DNA of 64,000 bases, from contig NC_068998.1 in the NCBI RefSeq assembly GCF_001194135.2, positions 54,980,534-55,044,533 of the forward strand, written 5' to 3'. The DNA is from Octopus bimaculoides. Its lineage: Eukaryota. Of this stretch, positions 53,057 to 64,000 are shown in pieces. The position numbers were made by a program, and so were the translations under genes. The notes beneath the pieces are model-generated. The model worked only from the letters and a program-made list of their open reading frames with translations, had not been told where the DNA came from and searched no databases. Position 1 is the first letter of the stretch. Every line of letters starts with the position of its first letter.

Positions 53057-53783
53057 CGTTGAAATTTGAATCAAATCTGATTAAAATTTCCAATGAAGGA
53101 GACAGCTGTAACAACACTTTGAAAACACCCGACTAAACACTGCTTGCCACAGCTGACCAGTTTGCCAAATGCAATGAGGACATTTTTAGAAACTTGCTGT
53201 GAAGTTATATGTGTAAACTGAGCACGAAACCTTTTTATCGACCCAGAAATGGTAAAAGGCAAAATTTTTTTGCAGCAAATGTCAGATTTGTGTTGGATCA
53301 AGTAAATCCCACATTGAATAAAATCATGTCTAGAAAACTGGATGAGGATAATCCATTGGGGAACAGTATAAGTCAAGTTAACAGCAGTCATATGAACCAA
53401 TGAAGAACCTTTATGCTCAACCTCCGAGAAACAGCAGCCAAATCTCCCTTAAATCACATCCAACAATCTTTAAAAAAGAGCACATTAGATTATATAGTCC
53501 AAGGTCCATGATGGCAGAAATAAAAGGCAAGGATTGCCATGGCCAGAATCACTTTCGATCTCTGGTCTAAACCACAACAAATCAATTGCAGGTCTTCAGG
53601 TTCTACCATCTTCACCAAAGTTCTAATTACCTCCGACGCTCCCTGCTTTAATTAGAACTATTGCCATGGCAACATGGTTATTAAATGGTGCTCTGAGATC
53701 AGCTCTAATGAGCTTATTTCAACATGCTGTACAAAACTCATTAAAATAAAACTTGAAATACATGAAAATATTTATGGTTTCAC

Positions 53784-54058
53784 CTCAGAGGAAAACTGGA
53801 TTTCCTTTCATCAATTATTGATTTGTTCTCGTTTAATTTTTGAGTCAAACTGTTTCTGTTTGTGATTTGTTGCTGCTGCTGCTGTAGTTGTTGTTGTTGC
53901 TGTCGTCGTTGCTGATGTTGTTCTTGTTCTTTCAGCTGTTCCTTGCTGCCACATGATTCTAGTAAATAAATCTCGACCAAATTGTCAGCCATGTGTGACA
54001 TAAAGTTATGGAGTGAAGTCTGCCTGAAAGACATGGCTGTCTTCTTTGAAGAATAAAA
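53784..54058 (-). CDS. TMEM232: TMEM232-like exon with polyQ tract (FYSSKK...FMSHMADNLVEIYLL...QQRRQQQQQLQQQQQQ...SSFPL)
   Basis: catctgttgcag acceptor, AG|gtgaaa donor; 275 nt, phase 0 to 2. Confidence 0.8.
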
Positions 54059-54360
54059 CTGCAACAGATGAAGGATAGTCAAAGAGCATCAACAACCGAA
54101 ATGAAGACAAAATCAATTCAAAGCAAACAACTAAAAAAAAAAAAAAAAAAAAAAGGAAAAAAAAATCAACCATTCCTGGAGTCAGGTGTTTGAATATATT
54201 TAAAATAGAGAGACTGGGACAAAGAATTCCCACGGGAAATAGATCAATGCACCAGAATGGACATCTTACTTATTTCACCATTTCTATTTCAAATCAATCC
54301 TGTTTGTATAACTTCTTAAGTATTAGACCACCAGAAAATAGTCAGTATTACATTTACAGT

Positions 54361-54406
<46 letters not shown>

Positions 54407-54407
<1 letters not shown>

Positions 54408-54770
54408 GCATCAGCTGTAGCATGCAAAAGGGAAGACTGCACTAGTATGGTCATGCTCTGTGAATGGACGAGGACGGCTGCGTAAAAAGTGCTAATGTAT
54501 AACTATGGAGGGGATGTGTGGAAGGGGTAAACCCAGTAAGACAGGGGATGAGGTGGTGAAATATGGTCTTCAGATGTTGAGCCTCATGGAGGCAATGGCA
54601 AGTGACTTAGAACTGGTGGCAATTTGCTGTGCTTGAGAAGACATGTCAAGCTAAGTGAAATCCCAGCCATGGCCAGCACCAGTTCCATGTGAAAGGCACC
54701 CAATACACTCTGTAGACTGTCCAACCCATGCCAGCATGGAAAACAGACATTAAATGATGAGGATGATGAT
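54407..54770 (+). mobile_element. RTE LINE 3' end (ORF tail, 3'UTR and (GAT)n tail)
   Basis: Decayed translation RLH*YGHAL.MDEDGCVKKC...EG.CGRGKPSKTGDEVV; ends catggaaaacagacattaaatgatgaggatgatgat. Confidence 0.85.
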
Positions 54771-55114
54771 TGAATACTCATTTTTCCCTTCTTGTTTACA
54801 CAATTCTTATAGTCACAACACATACACACACACACACACAGTCTATTTAAACCAGTTCAATGGTCAGTTACTCTGGAGCTTCCAAAGTGAGCAACTGCTT
54901 CCTCCGAGAAGTCAGAATGACCCAGATTGACTTATCCAAAGAAGCAACTCCAGTGTGACAGGCCACTCAACCAGACTAAATAAGCAACTGTACTTTACGT
55001 TTGTATTGAGTACTTCTTCTAAGGATCATTAGCTAACAGCAGATATGTTAGTTTCAGTGTGGTGCATTAGTCTAATTCTGTAGATGAAGAAAATTCTAAA
55101 TGAGGGTAACATAC

Positions 55115-55299
55115 AAAGTTAGAATGTAGCGCTTCCAAAACACAAGGATTCCGTTCTGTCTGATTCACCTGCAGCAGTATAGTCCATAATGTTGTTAACA
55201 AGACCTCTCTAGTTGGTTCACCTAACAAACAATGGTAGACCCTCATCAGAGCCTGAATTGCTCCAAGACGTATTCTCCAGTTCCAGTTGTCTTCATTTG
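55115..55299 (-). CDS. TMEM232: TMEM232-like exon (NEDNWNWRIRLGAIQALMRVYHCLLGEPTREVLLTTLWTILLQVNQTERNPCVLEALHSNF)
   Basis: cttctatctcttag acceptor, TTT|gtatgt donor; 185 nt, phase 1 to 0; IR...IQAL......L.G....E.L...LW..L......E..P..L.A pattern. Confidence 0.85.
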
Positions 55300-55330
55300 C
55301 TAAGAGATAGAAGAAAGAAGTATGATGATG

Positions 55331-55362
<32 letters not shown>

Positions 55363-56199
55363 CAGACTACCCGTTTTACTGCTTCCCATATTAGCTGAGT
55401 TTCAGGGTGGGATGGAAAGCATGAGGCTTAATTATTACCATCAGCTTTTCATTATTTCTCCATTTATATATTATATTTTCATTATGACTCAACAGAGTTC
55501 TTACAACCCAAAGACGTGGCTCAAAGTGGTAGAAATAACAGCCATATTGTCTCATAATCACACCCTACAGTCTTTGATAATAAGACAAACTGGAAGATGC
55601 AGTCTGGTCCACTGAATGGAGTAATATAAGTTGGTTTAATCAGGTGATTGCACACACACACACACACACTGAGGAGATAAGTTAAATACAGTGAATATTC
55701 AGTGATATAACAAGTTCAAGTTCAAGTTTCTTCTCAAATATTCTTAAACAGTAATATTTATTTGTTGGTGCAAATGTCTAAAATAAAATAAAAACATGTT
55801 TTGAAGCCAAGAAAGTCATCAATTTACCAGATTCCATAGATATCTCATGTGGAGATTTGAAGTGAGTGAGTTCAAGCAGGCTGACACTACACAAATTATG
55901 AATGGTGTCAATTTGGAAGTTTAAATCTGATTTGAGTTGAAATTGTTGCTGTCTTTTGTAGCAAGACTCCTCCATTAGTTTGCAGTTATCTCCCATAAGT
56001 GCCCTCTTCTGAATATGTGAAGTACTTCCATTTAAAAGAACATCACCAAGAAGCTCTGTATAAATGAAGATGATGTCCCACGGCCAAAAACCAAAACTGT
56101 ATTCTTCCGTTTCTGCAGACATCTGGAAAAGGAGCATTAATTTTCTTTATTTAACAATATATTTACCATATCTACTCTTTTACAATGTCACCTACCATC

Positions 56200-56400
56200 A
56201 CCAATACCACTTTCACTGGTCAACAAGTCTTTTTCATCCAGGACATTAGTGCTATGGAGAAACGGTGCCAAGGCTTCTGGAATGACAGTATGCTTGCTGA
56301 CTACAGCTGGACGCTTTACCATAATCAACCAGATCAGGAACACCGCAGGAAATCCAAATCACAATGTTTCTAACTCTGTCGTTCTAACTTTATCTGTTTT
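56200..56400 (+). mobile_element. Chapaev3-like (CMC) transposase C-terminal remnant
   Basis: FIQDISAMEKRCQGFWNDSMLADYSWTL matches the motif ERFHQDISxMEKRYQGxW...M.ADYCW.L. Confidence 0.7.
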
Positions 56401-57438
56401 GTCTGAACCATAAAGTATTTTCATCACTGCACAACAATCATTTCTAATTAACGTGTTTAATTAATGCTTACTGCATCAGATATGTTAATAGTAACTCAAC
56501 TATGGTAAGGCACTTAGTTTGGTATGCTACCATTTGCTGTCATTTTGCCACTGAAGAGAAGACAAAAATCAATAAACTGGCTTCTAAGAATGGAACACTA
56601 GTGAAAATTTGTTGGGAAAGAATGCAGTGAACCGAGTCAAGACCATGATTAATACTGGTTTTATCAACCATGAAAAGATAAAAGGCAAAAACAAATTGTC
56701 AAACTATAAATTCATGACCAAGAGACATAAAACTAAATATTGTAAAGTAGTTCAGTGAATCAGTCTTTGATTTCTGCCAACTCCAAAGCATTGAAGCAAG
56801 AAATAATTTAAAATGTAATAACAATAATTGATCATGGAAATAATTATATTTTAGCACAAGAGGTAGAGTTACACTGATCTAAGAAATGAGGAATGGGCCT
56901 CTAAATGGCTTTCATGTTCACATCCTGGCAATGGCACCATATTGTATCTTTGGGTAATGCCAAACATGATCATGCGGCAGTAAGCAAAATATTTTATCCA
57001 TCAATGGGTCATGTTATTTTCACGACTCTGACAAATACAGGAGATAACTTCATGCATGTTTCAGTGTTATTAGATTTCATCAGCAAAATATAGACTTTAC
57101 CTTACTAACCAAAGTACTGATGAAGGAATCACTAATTAGCTGTACAACATTGTACTCTAACTGCTGGTACAGTCCAGTCTCTCCCTCCGGCCATTTAAAA
57201 CAATAAGTGAAAGCCTGATACCTGCTACCAAGTCATATTCCCCAGTGGATGATGGCTGCAGTGAGTTAGATATCCTAATTGGGAAGTTAATGACACAAAA
57301 CAACTCATTAATAAAAAGAGAATAAGTTTAAAAAACAAATGAATGAAAAAAGTGTTGATAAAATATGTCAAAGGATCTGAATCTTTGTCATAATTTTATT
57401 AGAAGCAAAAAAAGTGACCATTTCTGCAGATGACTTAC

Positions 57439-57490
57439 CTTGTTATCCGATTCCTTCGAATCACCAAAGATGTCACTTCTTTTGTGGAAG
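57439..57490 (-). CDS. TMEM232: Possible 52-nt TMEM232-like cassette exon
   Basis: ttttattttattag acceptor, AAG|gtaagt consensus donor; two frames open; neither exit phase joins the 55299 exon directly. Confidence 0.4.
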
Positions 57491-58210
57491 CTAATAAAAT
57501 AAAAGTTTGTTCTGTGAGTGTATGTAGTTGTAAAAGGTTGGACAGAAACACAACAGAATAAATGAGATGAGCTGAGATGATGATGATGATGGTGGTGGTG
57601 GTGGTGGTGGTGGTAGTGGTGATGATGGTGGTGGTGGTGATGCTTCACTGGTNNNNNNNNNNNNNNNNNNNNNNNNNNNNNNNNNNNNNNNNNNNNNNNN
57701 NNNNNNNNNNNNNNNNNNNNNNNNNNNNNNNNNNNNNNNNNNNNNNNNNNNNNNNNNNNNNNNNNNNNNNNNNNNNNNNNNNNNNNNNNNNNNNNNNNNN
57801 NNNNNNNNNNNNNNNNNNNNNNNNNNNNNNNNNNNNNNNNNNNNNNNNNNNNNNNNNNNNNNNNNNNNNNNNNNNNNNNNNNNNNAGAATAAATGAGATG
57901 AGCTGAGATGATGATGATGATGGTGGTGGTGGTGGTGGTGGTGGTAGTGGTGATGATGGTGGTGGTGGTGATGCTTCACTGGTATTTACTTTTTAAGTTT
58001 TTAATGACAATAATGCCGAAAAATAATTTTTTAAAATAATTATAAAAGAAATTAATCTTTTTGAAAATGTTTTCTAAAATCTCTTATAGTTTGTCACAGT
58101 TTGAATAAACAACTTTTCTTTCTTCCTCTTCAAACATTTTTTCTTTCTCAGCCAAAATATTAACCTTGAAAGGATCCTCTTTGCCCACCTCGTAATATAA
58201 CAACTTTAGA

Positions 58211-58330
58211 GCAGCAGGCATGGCTGTAGGATTAAGAAGCTGGCTTCCCAATCACATGGTTTCAGGTTCAATCCCACTGCAAGGCACCTTGGGCAAGTGT
58301 CTTCTATTATAGCCCCAAGCCAGCAAAAGC
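58211..58330 (+). mobile_element. SINE family 2, 5' part
   Basis: gcaggcatggctgtaggattaagaagctggcttcccaatcacatggtttcaggttcaatcccactgc. Confidence 0.8.
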
Positions 58331-58527
58331 AGCTTCATTAGCTCCTATATCTTGCAGGTTGATCCACAATATAACTTTCCCTCATAGACTTGAGCAACAC
58401 TTGTAATTTCCCTGAATACAAAACATGAAACATGAAGAAGTTTAATCCATGACCTACAGGACTGACCCCCATCAGATTTAATACTTGATTATCCTAAACT
58501 TGATCCCTGGATTAGAAATAAGCTTAC

Positions 58528-58618
58528 CAATTCTGTGACGTTCCATGTGAAATGTGTTTAAAATCATTCTCTGTTTCTTTCGGTTCTTTGGTTTTAACTT
58601 GATTTTTGTCTTCAAATC
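58528..58618 (-). CDS. TMEM232: TMEM232-like exon, 91 nt; reading frame ambiguous (DLKTKIK...HRI or FEDKNQVKTKEPKETENDFKHISHGTSQN)
   Basis: tttttgttgatttcattctcag acceptor and TG|gtaagc donor; two frames open. Confidence 0.6.
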
Positions 58619-58758
58619 CTGAGAATGAAATCAACAAAAACTAGATTAACTCCGAATCTGAGATTTAGGAAGTGTTGATATTTAGCATTGCATTTCACCC
58701 CAGCAACCACTCACAATGTTCAGTTACCCAGAAGGCACTAATTATCACATGTGCTTAC

Positions 58759-58973
58759 GTCCCCGTGCTGCGAGGCTACATTTTTCTTTTTTTTTCTATA
58801 TGGGTTTGTTCTGAAACCCATCAACATGGGCCCAATGAACAGAAACAACGCAAAGGTGCCTGATCCAAACAAATGATGCAGAACGAGTTTATTCTCTACA
58901 GAAAAAGACAGAGGATCGAGAAGATATGAATAGATGGAAACTTTGCTGCTGCTGGGCCACAAGTTTAGTGTCA
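58759..58973 (-). CDS. TMEM232: Probable TMEM232-like exon (TLNLWPSSSKVSIYSYLL...MLMGFRTNPYRKKKKNVASQHGD)
   Basis: Strong GAC|gtaagc donor; phase-1 acceptor at 58974 is weak, and a stronger in-frame acceptor lies near 58896; 215 nt. Confidence 0.55.
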
Positions 58974-59161
58974 CTGAATTTATCATTCATTCCATTTACA
59001 AAGAGTGAGATAATTCCTTCATCACTGTTCGTTTGGTACCAAATCCTTGTGATAAACAATAATAGTTGTATAATGAATTAGTTCTCAACATTTCAACTAT
59101 AAATAAAAATCAATGGTAATTAAACAATTAAAAGAAAATGAAAGGAAAACAAAGAAACAAC

Positions 59162-59319
59162 CTGCTGGGTGTCTTTGGGAAACATCTTCTCTTCTTGTAT
59201 TTTGCCAATCATTGTTACAAATGCTACAATATGCTAAATATTGAAGGATGCTTAGAACTGTGAAGTTCCTCTTTGCTGCTTCTGCTAACACATTTAAAGC
59301 AACAACGTAGTCAACCCAG
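59162..59319 (-). CDS. TMEM232: TMEM232-like exon (CWVDYVVALNVLAEAAKRNFTVLSILQYLAYCS...QRHPA)
   Basis: ttccatttctacag acceptor, CAG|gttgtt donor; 158 nt, phase 2 to 1; CW.D.V.AL.VL.EAAK.N motif. Confidence 0.85.
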
Positions 59320-60262
59320 CTGTAGAAATGGAAACAAAGAATATTCATAAGCTTCAGTTTTATTTAAGAGAGATGAAATTGGTTGGATTTTAAGTCTGCC
59401 ATACAGACAATGCTGAGTTATTGTGAGTGGATTTGATAGATGGAAACTGAAAGAAGCCTGTCATAAGAATGTGAAGGTTGGCAACGAGTAGGACATCCAG
59501 CCATAGAAAATCTGCCTCAAGTAAACTGCTGTCCAATCTATGCAAGCATGGAAAAGTGGCCGTTAAATGATGAGATATGCAACCACATGGTTTCCACTGC
59601 ATGAAACCTAGGGCAAGTATCTTCTACTGTTGGGTCAAGCAACACTTTGTGAGTGAATCTGGTAGAAACTGTATAGAAGCATATTGTGTGTGATGTGTGT
59701 GTGTTATTGAATGAGAAGGGGACAGGAATTGCATAGTCAACTTCATTAGCTCACAGGTGTTTCTGCTGAGTTGCCTATGCAACATCTTATGGCTTCCTCA
59801 GAGCCATCAAAACTCTAACAGACTCTAGCATTGGCATCTATATATAGTCTCTCTCTTCTTATATTGAAGTTCTTACATTTGGTTATAAGATACTTCAGTA
59901 AAGGCCTCCGTAGTGCCAAGAGGTTCCAAGGGCTGCTACTTAACACTTATTTCAATTCGTAAAGCTTAGGTGAAGTCTAACGGATGTAGCATTCCAATCA
60001 GATCTGGTGCTTATTCTCAACAAACAGAATTTAGTTCATTAATAAAACACACAATGAAATGTCTGTCATAAATCTGAAGTGAAGACTTATCAATTGAAAG
60101 TACAGTACTTCTTTATTTAATCAGATACTCCTTATAGCTAAATGTTCTTGGCATCTAGAAATATCTGGTTATGAAATACATGTTGTAAAGACTTATATCT
60201 ACTTAAAGTTCAGCATGTAACAGATCAGGCATCTTTATAGAAATGATCAAGTTTAGACTTAC

Positions 60263-60510
60263 CAAGAAGCTGTGTCCAGATTAAAAGTGCATTGTATCAA
60301 CGAGGAAAGGGAATCAACAAAATAGAGTTCCTTCTTGTTAGTTGGTTCTCTGACCATTCCATCCCCTGAACACAATGTTTGGTATTTCCAAACATTTAAG
60401 GCGTGCCATAAAGGAGCACTAAGTTCATGCATGCTCTTACTCACCCATGAACTGTGACGGGAAGGACAAGAGATTTCAGCGGGAGGCGACTCGCTTTGGA
60501 CCTTACTCAG
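60263..60510 (-). CDS. TMEM232: TMEM232-like exon (LSKVQSESPP...HELSAPLWHALNVWKY...FNLDTAS)
   Basis: ctattttag acceptor, TG|gtaagt donor; 248 nt, phase 0 to 2; E...LWH....W motif. Confidence 0.85.
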
Positions 60511-60912
60511 CTAAAATAGACAAAACCAAGGCAAAATTGTTACCACCGTTGTTCACCACCACCACCACCAACAACAACAACACTCCCCACCCTTTTCCCT
60601 GCTAAAACAGCAGCCAACCATTCTAATAAATCGGTTTTTATGTTGAAGGAACATATTTGGACATATGTTCCTAAGTTGGTTTTAAGCATTATGACAATAT
60701 TTCAATCAGTTATTTCTTCACCCATCATCAGACTGTCTTCAAGAAGCCACCTAATTCCATGGGAAACATATTTCTAACATGTGGCAACTTCTAGCAGACA
60801 GTTATTCAATATTGTAAAGCAATTTGCTTGGCCTGCTAACGATTCTGCCTGATCACCACCTGAACATTGATTATTACATTAATGGTAACTTATGCCTGCA
60901 AGACATGGCAAA

Positions 60913-61300
60913 AGACCAGCAGAGTCTATAAAAATGTAGATGTCTTTCACAGACATTGCCTTAGAAACATACCAAATATGTATTGAAATGACCACATCAC
61001 GACTGGAGAAGTCATGGCTACAGCTGGGCTGAGGAATCTACAGAATATCCTCAGGGTCAAATGACAGAAGCTACTCAGCCACATTCTACATGTGTCCACA
61101 AAATGAGTGGAATGAAAGCAAGAGGTGGGTAAGACACAAAGGAAGTGAAGCAAATTGCTCAAGAGCTGGCTGAGGATTGTAGAGAAGGAACTGACAGACA
61201 GGGACCGTGTCTGGGAGGGGGCTTGTAACAAGGTCTGCAACTGTGCTGGATGAAGAGAGCTCACTTCCTGATACGCCATCAGGAATGAAGCTAAGCTAAA
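60913..61300 (+). mobile_element. Degenerate RTE-like LINE fragment in a TMEM232 intron
   Basis: DVFHRHCLRNI..Y*NDHITTGEVMATAGLRNLQNILRVK*QKLLSHILHV...W.R.VEKEL with stops. Confidence 0.85.
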
Positions 61301-61508
61301 ACTAAAGTAATTTACAACTCGCCATAGGGATTTATTTCTGAGAATAGATCTATAACACAGTTGTGATTTAGACAAAGACATTAGAATACAAACGGGTGTC
61401 TAAGCAACAAGATTATTAAGTTATATTCCTGTTAATTTTATTGAAAGGACACTCAATATCTTCATCAAAGCAAATCATTAAATAAAAAGCACAGAAGAAA
61501 ATATTTAC

Positions 61509-61678
61509 CAGAACTGGTGGGAGTAAATCTGTTTTGAAATTGTGAGAAAAGAACTCGTAATTTGTATCATTTTCAAGATCATCATCGATCAAGATGATGT
61601 CAGCGACTTGTATAATAAATCTGAACAACAACTGGGCATCTGGGTGCTTGGTGTAGAAGGAGGCGGAGTCAGAGAAAC
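61509..61678 (-). CDS. TMEM232: TMEM232-like exon (FSDSASFYTKHPDAQLLFRFIIQVADIILIDDDLENDTNYEFFSHNFKTDLLPPVL)
   Basis: ctttccctttccag acceptor, CTG|gtaaat donor; 170 nt, phase 1 to 0. Confidence 0.85.
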
Positions 61679-61897
61679 CTGGAAAGGGAAAGACCTGGTT
61701 GGAAAATTCCAAAAGCAGAGAGGGGAGGAGAGAGATAGAGAGAAAGAGAGAGACAGAGAGAGGTTCATTTCTGCATGATTCACACAGAGAAAAGTAGACA
61801 TTAAAACAATGATGATGATGGTTTCTATGATTTACTGTCAGCAAAACGGTAATGAAGCCTCAGCAGCAACTAACAAATTAAAACCTATTATACTCAC

Positions 61898-61997
61898 TGG
61901 CAAAGTAGGAATGTAATCTTTTCTTCACTTCTTGCCATCCATCAAGGTGGTTGGCCATTTTGTGACAATACAAACGCATGAAGACAAGTTGACAAAC
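61898..61997 (-). CDS. TMEM232: TMEM232-like exon (VCQLVFMRLYCHKMANHLDGWQEVKKRLHSYFA)
   Basis: tttctttctag acceptor, A|gtgagt donor; 100 nt, phase 0 to 1; LVF.RL...HL....RL pattern. Confidence 0.88.
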
Positions 61998-62210
61998 CTA
62001 GAAAGAAAAAAACATATTTTAACAGGGATTCAACCTTCAAAAGAATTAATTTAACCAATTTTATATCAGTTTCAGTTAATATGAGAACAACAAATGACAG
62101 TGATGACAATTGTGATGACAATGACAATTTCAACTTTGCATTTCATCCCTCCAGGGTCAGTTTAATCAATGAAGCCCACCTTCACCAAAATCTCTGCCCC
62201 TGTGCTTCTG

Positions 62211-62286
62211 TTAGTCATCACCATCACCATCATTAGTCATCACCATCACCATCATTAGTCATCACCATCATTAGTCATCACCATCA
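62211..62286. repeat. Minisatellite (ttagtcatcaccatca[ccatca])x4 at the 5' end of the GC-AG intron
   Basis: Two 22-nt and two 16-nt units, read directly. Confidence 0.9.
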
Positions 62287-62299
62287 ATGCTCTACTTGC

Positions 62300-62457
62300 C
62301 TTCAGTTGTTTCATGTGAGTTTCTCGGAGGAATGACTGCTGAGTGAAGTGTGTACTCAATAGGGACAACAGAGTGTCTGCCAGCAACAGCAGCAACGGTA
62401 CATGGTTGCAGTCAACAGCAACCAGTTTCAGTGACATCAGCAAAAGATCCAGACACT
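62300..62457 (-). CDS. TMEM232: TMEM232-like exon (ECLDLLLMSLKLVAVDCNHVPLLLLLADTLLSLLSTHFTQQSFLRETHMKQLK), ends at a GC donor
   Basis: ttctgcttttcag acceptor; AAG|gcaagt donor; 158 nt, phase 1 to 0; only open frame; resembles TMEM232 E.L..L..SL......H.P.L...A. Confidence 0.88.
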
Positions 62458-62764
62458 CTGAAAAGCAGAAATGCTTCAGCAATTGAATAAAATCAAGTCT
62501 TGGACAACAGAGCAACAGCTCTGAGTTTGAGGAAAATTTCGTTTTAGTGACCTCAAAAGGATGAAAAAACTAAGTTGTCTTTGGTGGGAGTCAAACACAG
62601 AATTTAGAGAGATATTACTAAAGACTGCAAGACATTTGGTCCATTGTTCTGCCAATGCACAACTCTAGATAGATGACAGCTCAGTCAGTAGAAGGGATGA
62701 TTACATTAGTTTGGTATTACAGAATATTGACAATGATAAAGAGGACAGTTTGAACTGCATCTAA

Positions 62765-63025
62765 AACTGAGGCCTGTAAACTGTTATATTATGCCAAATG
62801 TCCTCTTTGGGACAGAAACTTGGACAATGTACACAGGAATGGAAAAGACAACAGATGTCTTTGAAATGTGGATCTTCCACAAATTGGGCAGGATAAACTG
62901 TGGAAAGAGAATATAATATATGTTGCAGTATTAGAAAAGTTAGAATTCCAAAAAGCTCTCCTATTTTGGGACATACAACGTGCCGTAAGCCACAGCCCAT
63001 TAATAGGTAATTAAAATGAAGGATT
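62765..63025 (+). mobile_element. Degenerate RTE LINE fragment in a TMEM232 intron
   Basis: CYIMPNVLFGTETWTM...DVFEMWIFHKLGRI...KLSYFG matches the RTE motif LLYGCETWT...FEMW.YRR.L.I. Confidence 0.85.
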
Positions 63026-63034
63026 AATACTAAC

Positions 63035-63140
63035 CTTGTTGAATATCTCCTTTGCATTTCAATAACAGAATCAACTCTGACCATGCTAAACTGACATTGG
63101 CATCTTTTCTAAAACCAGAACTTGACAAACCTGCATTCCA
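63035..63140 (-). CDS. TMEM232: TMEM232-like exon (WNAGLSSSGFRKDANVSLAWSELILLLKCKGDIQQ)
   Basis: ttttag acceptor, G|gttagt donor; 106 nt, phase 0 to 1; resembles the vertebrate TMEM232 segment GL...G......AWTE.I.L..CKG.IQ (recalled, not searched). Confidence 0.85.
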
Positions 63141-63690
63141 CTAAAATTTACAGAATAAAAGAAAATTAGGTTTAAATTTATAGATCATTTGAAAATCTTC
63201 ATTGAATAATGTTTTTGCCCCTCCCCTCCCCTCTAACATATTACTTCTCCGTATAACGTCAAAACCCCTTTTGAACTGTTATTACAGTGCCAATAATTCT
63301 TTTATCTCATCTCAAATATGTCTTCTGCACTTTCTGTACCTAAAAAAAAAAAAATCAGTCATATTTTCGTTTCTTTTTTTTTTATACTTGAGTTTAATGC
63401 TACTTTCCAATTTGGCAACAATGTTTTGTATTCAATTCTTGCATTATACATGAGTAAATGCAGTATATGCAGATATATATATATATATATATAATACAAA
63501 TTATGTCTATTTATTTATTTATTTTAAAAAAAACAATTATAACAATATACATACATGTATAACATATTATGCTTTACATATACAATATATAAAAATACCA
63601 GTAATTATTAAAATACATAACATAGAGCCTAGAAAGTAGGATAGTATCTTACAGCTGTTTCAGTCAAGAGGCCATAGTACCCCACTTTAC

Positions 63691-63780
63691 TTCCATCCCC
63701 CCAGTGAACTGAAGTATTTCGTAGATAAGATTAAGGTACTTGGGTGTGTATCTGGGCTTCGTCAGAGAGTTTAGAAAGTT
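63691..63780 (-). CDS. TMEM232: Tentative upstream TMEM232-like exon (NFLNSLTKPRYTPKYLNLIYEILQFTGGME)
   Basis: ttaaccttaag acceptor, GAA|gtaaag donor; 90 nt, phase 0-0; only weak resemblance; other donors possible. Confidence 0.4.
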
Positions 63781-64000
63781 CTTAAGGTTAAGTTATAAAT
63801 ATTAAATACATACATATATACACACTGTTACATATAAATATACATAAACACATATATCCAGTTGCATCTCGGTAAACACATATTTATATGTATATGTATA
63901 TGCATACAAAGGAATCAATTATTATTATTATTAGGTGCATTATTGTTATTAGATAAAGTATAAACAGAGGAAGGAGAAAGTTATCAAAAGAGAAATACCA

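Noticed and set aside
55500-55620. Candidate extra TMEM232 exon
   Set aside because: Overlaps the dispersed tagaaa.a.cagcc repeat family and has stops
57555-57983. 98-bp direct repeat encoding poly-His/poly-Val ORFs
   Set aside because: Identical copies (57555-57652 and 57886-57983) flank an N-gap: a contig-end overlap artefact at a microsatellite
60947-61381. 144-aa minus-strand ORF, and a second minus frame with three in-frame TAGs that looked like edited or read-through stops
   Set aside because: The plus strand translates as a decayed RTE LINE ORF tail; the minus frames are antisense shadows and are not needed in the TMEM232 exon chain
63245-63339. Exon-like segment on - with a strong T12-AG acceptor
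   Set aside because: Stops in all three frames; at most a UTR or poison exon, unsupported without RNA data
63645-63760. Fragments resembling a later TMEM232 segment (ILS..YFSS, GYYGL) across a G6 run
   Set aside because: Requires a frameshift, is out of gene order and relies on recalled sequence; treated as chance
1-64000. tRNA, rRNA, CRISPR arrays and prokaryotic systems
   Set aside because: tRNA-like A/B boxes occur only as SINE heads; no regularly spaced repeat-spacer arrays; the sequence is spliceosomal eukaryotic DNA

Overview
AT-rich, microsatellite-dense, repeat-rich animal genomic DNA with four N-gaps. The SINE, RTE and Penelope-like repeat landscape suggests an octopus-type coleoid cephalopod; this is inference from repeat motifs, not a database hit. 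Two convergent multi-exon genes were reconstructed by hand from splice sites and codon phase. (1) + strand BNIP2/PRUNE2/caytaxin-family gene (BNIP2 N-terminal region plus BCH/CRAL-TRIO domain), exons ~24851-43916, with two phase-compatible alternative C-terminal exons. (2) - strand TMEM232-like gene, exons ~63780 down to 51265, with a GC-AG intron, a polyQ insert and an unresolved central exon chain. Almost all ORFs in the supplied track are spurious or are transposon remnants (Helitron, RTE LINEs, Chapaev3-like, mariner MITE). Best finding: a 521-bp fold-back element (34127-34647) in a BNIP-family intron. Each arm carries a minimal type-I hammerhead ribozyme motif with a palindromic stem III, one copy on the sense pre-mRNA strand. 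A related fold-back at 9824-10031 lacks precisely the hammerhead module, and decayed hammerhead cores occur elsewhere in the window.
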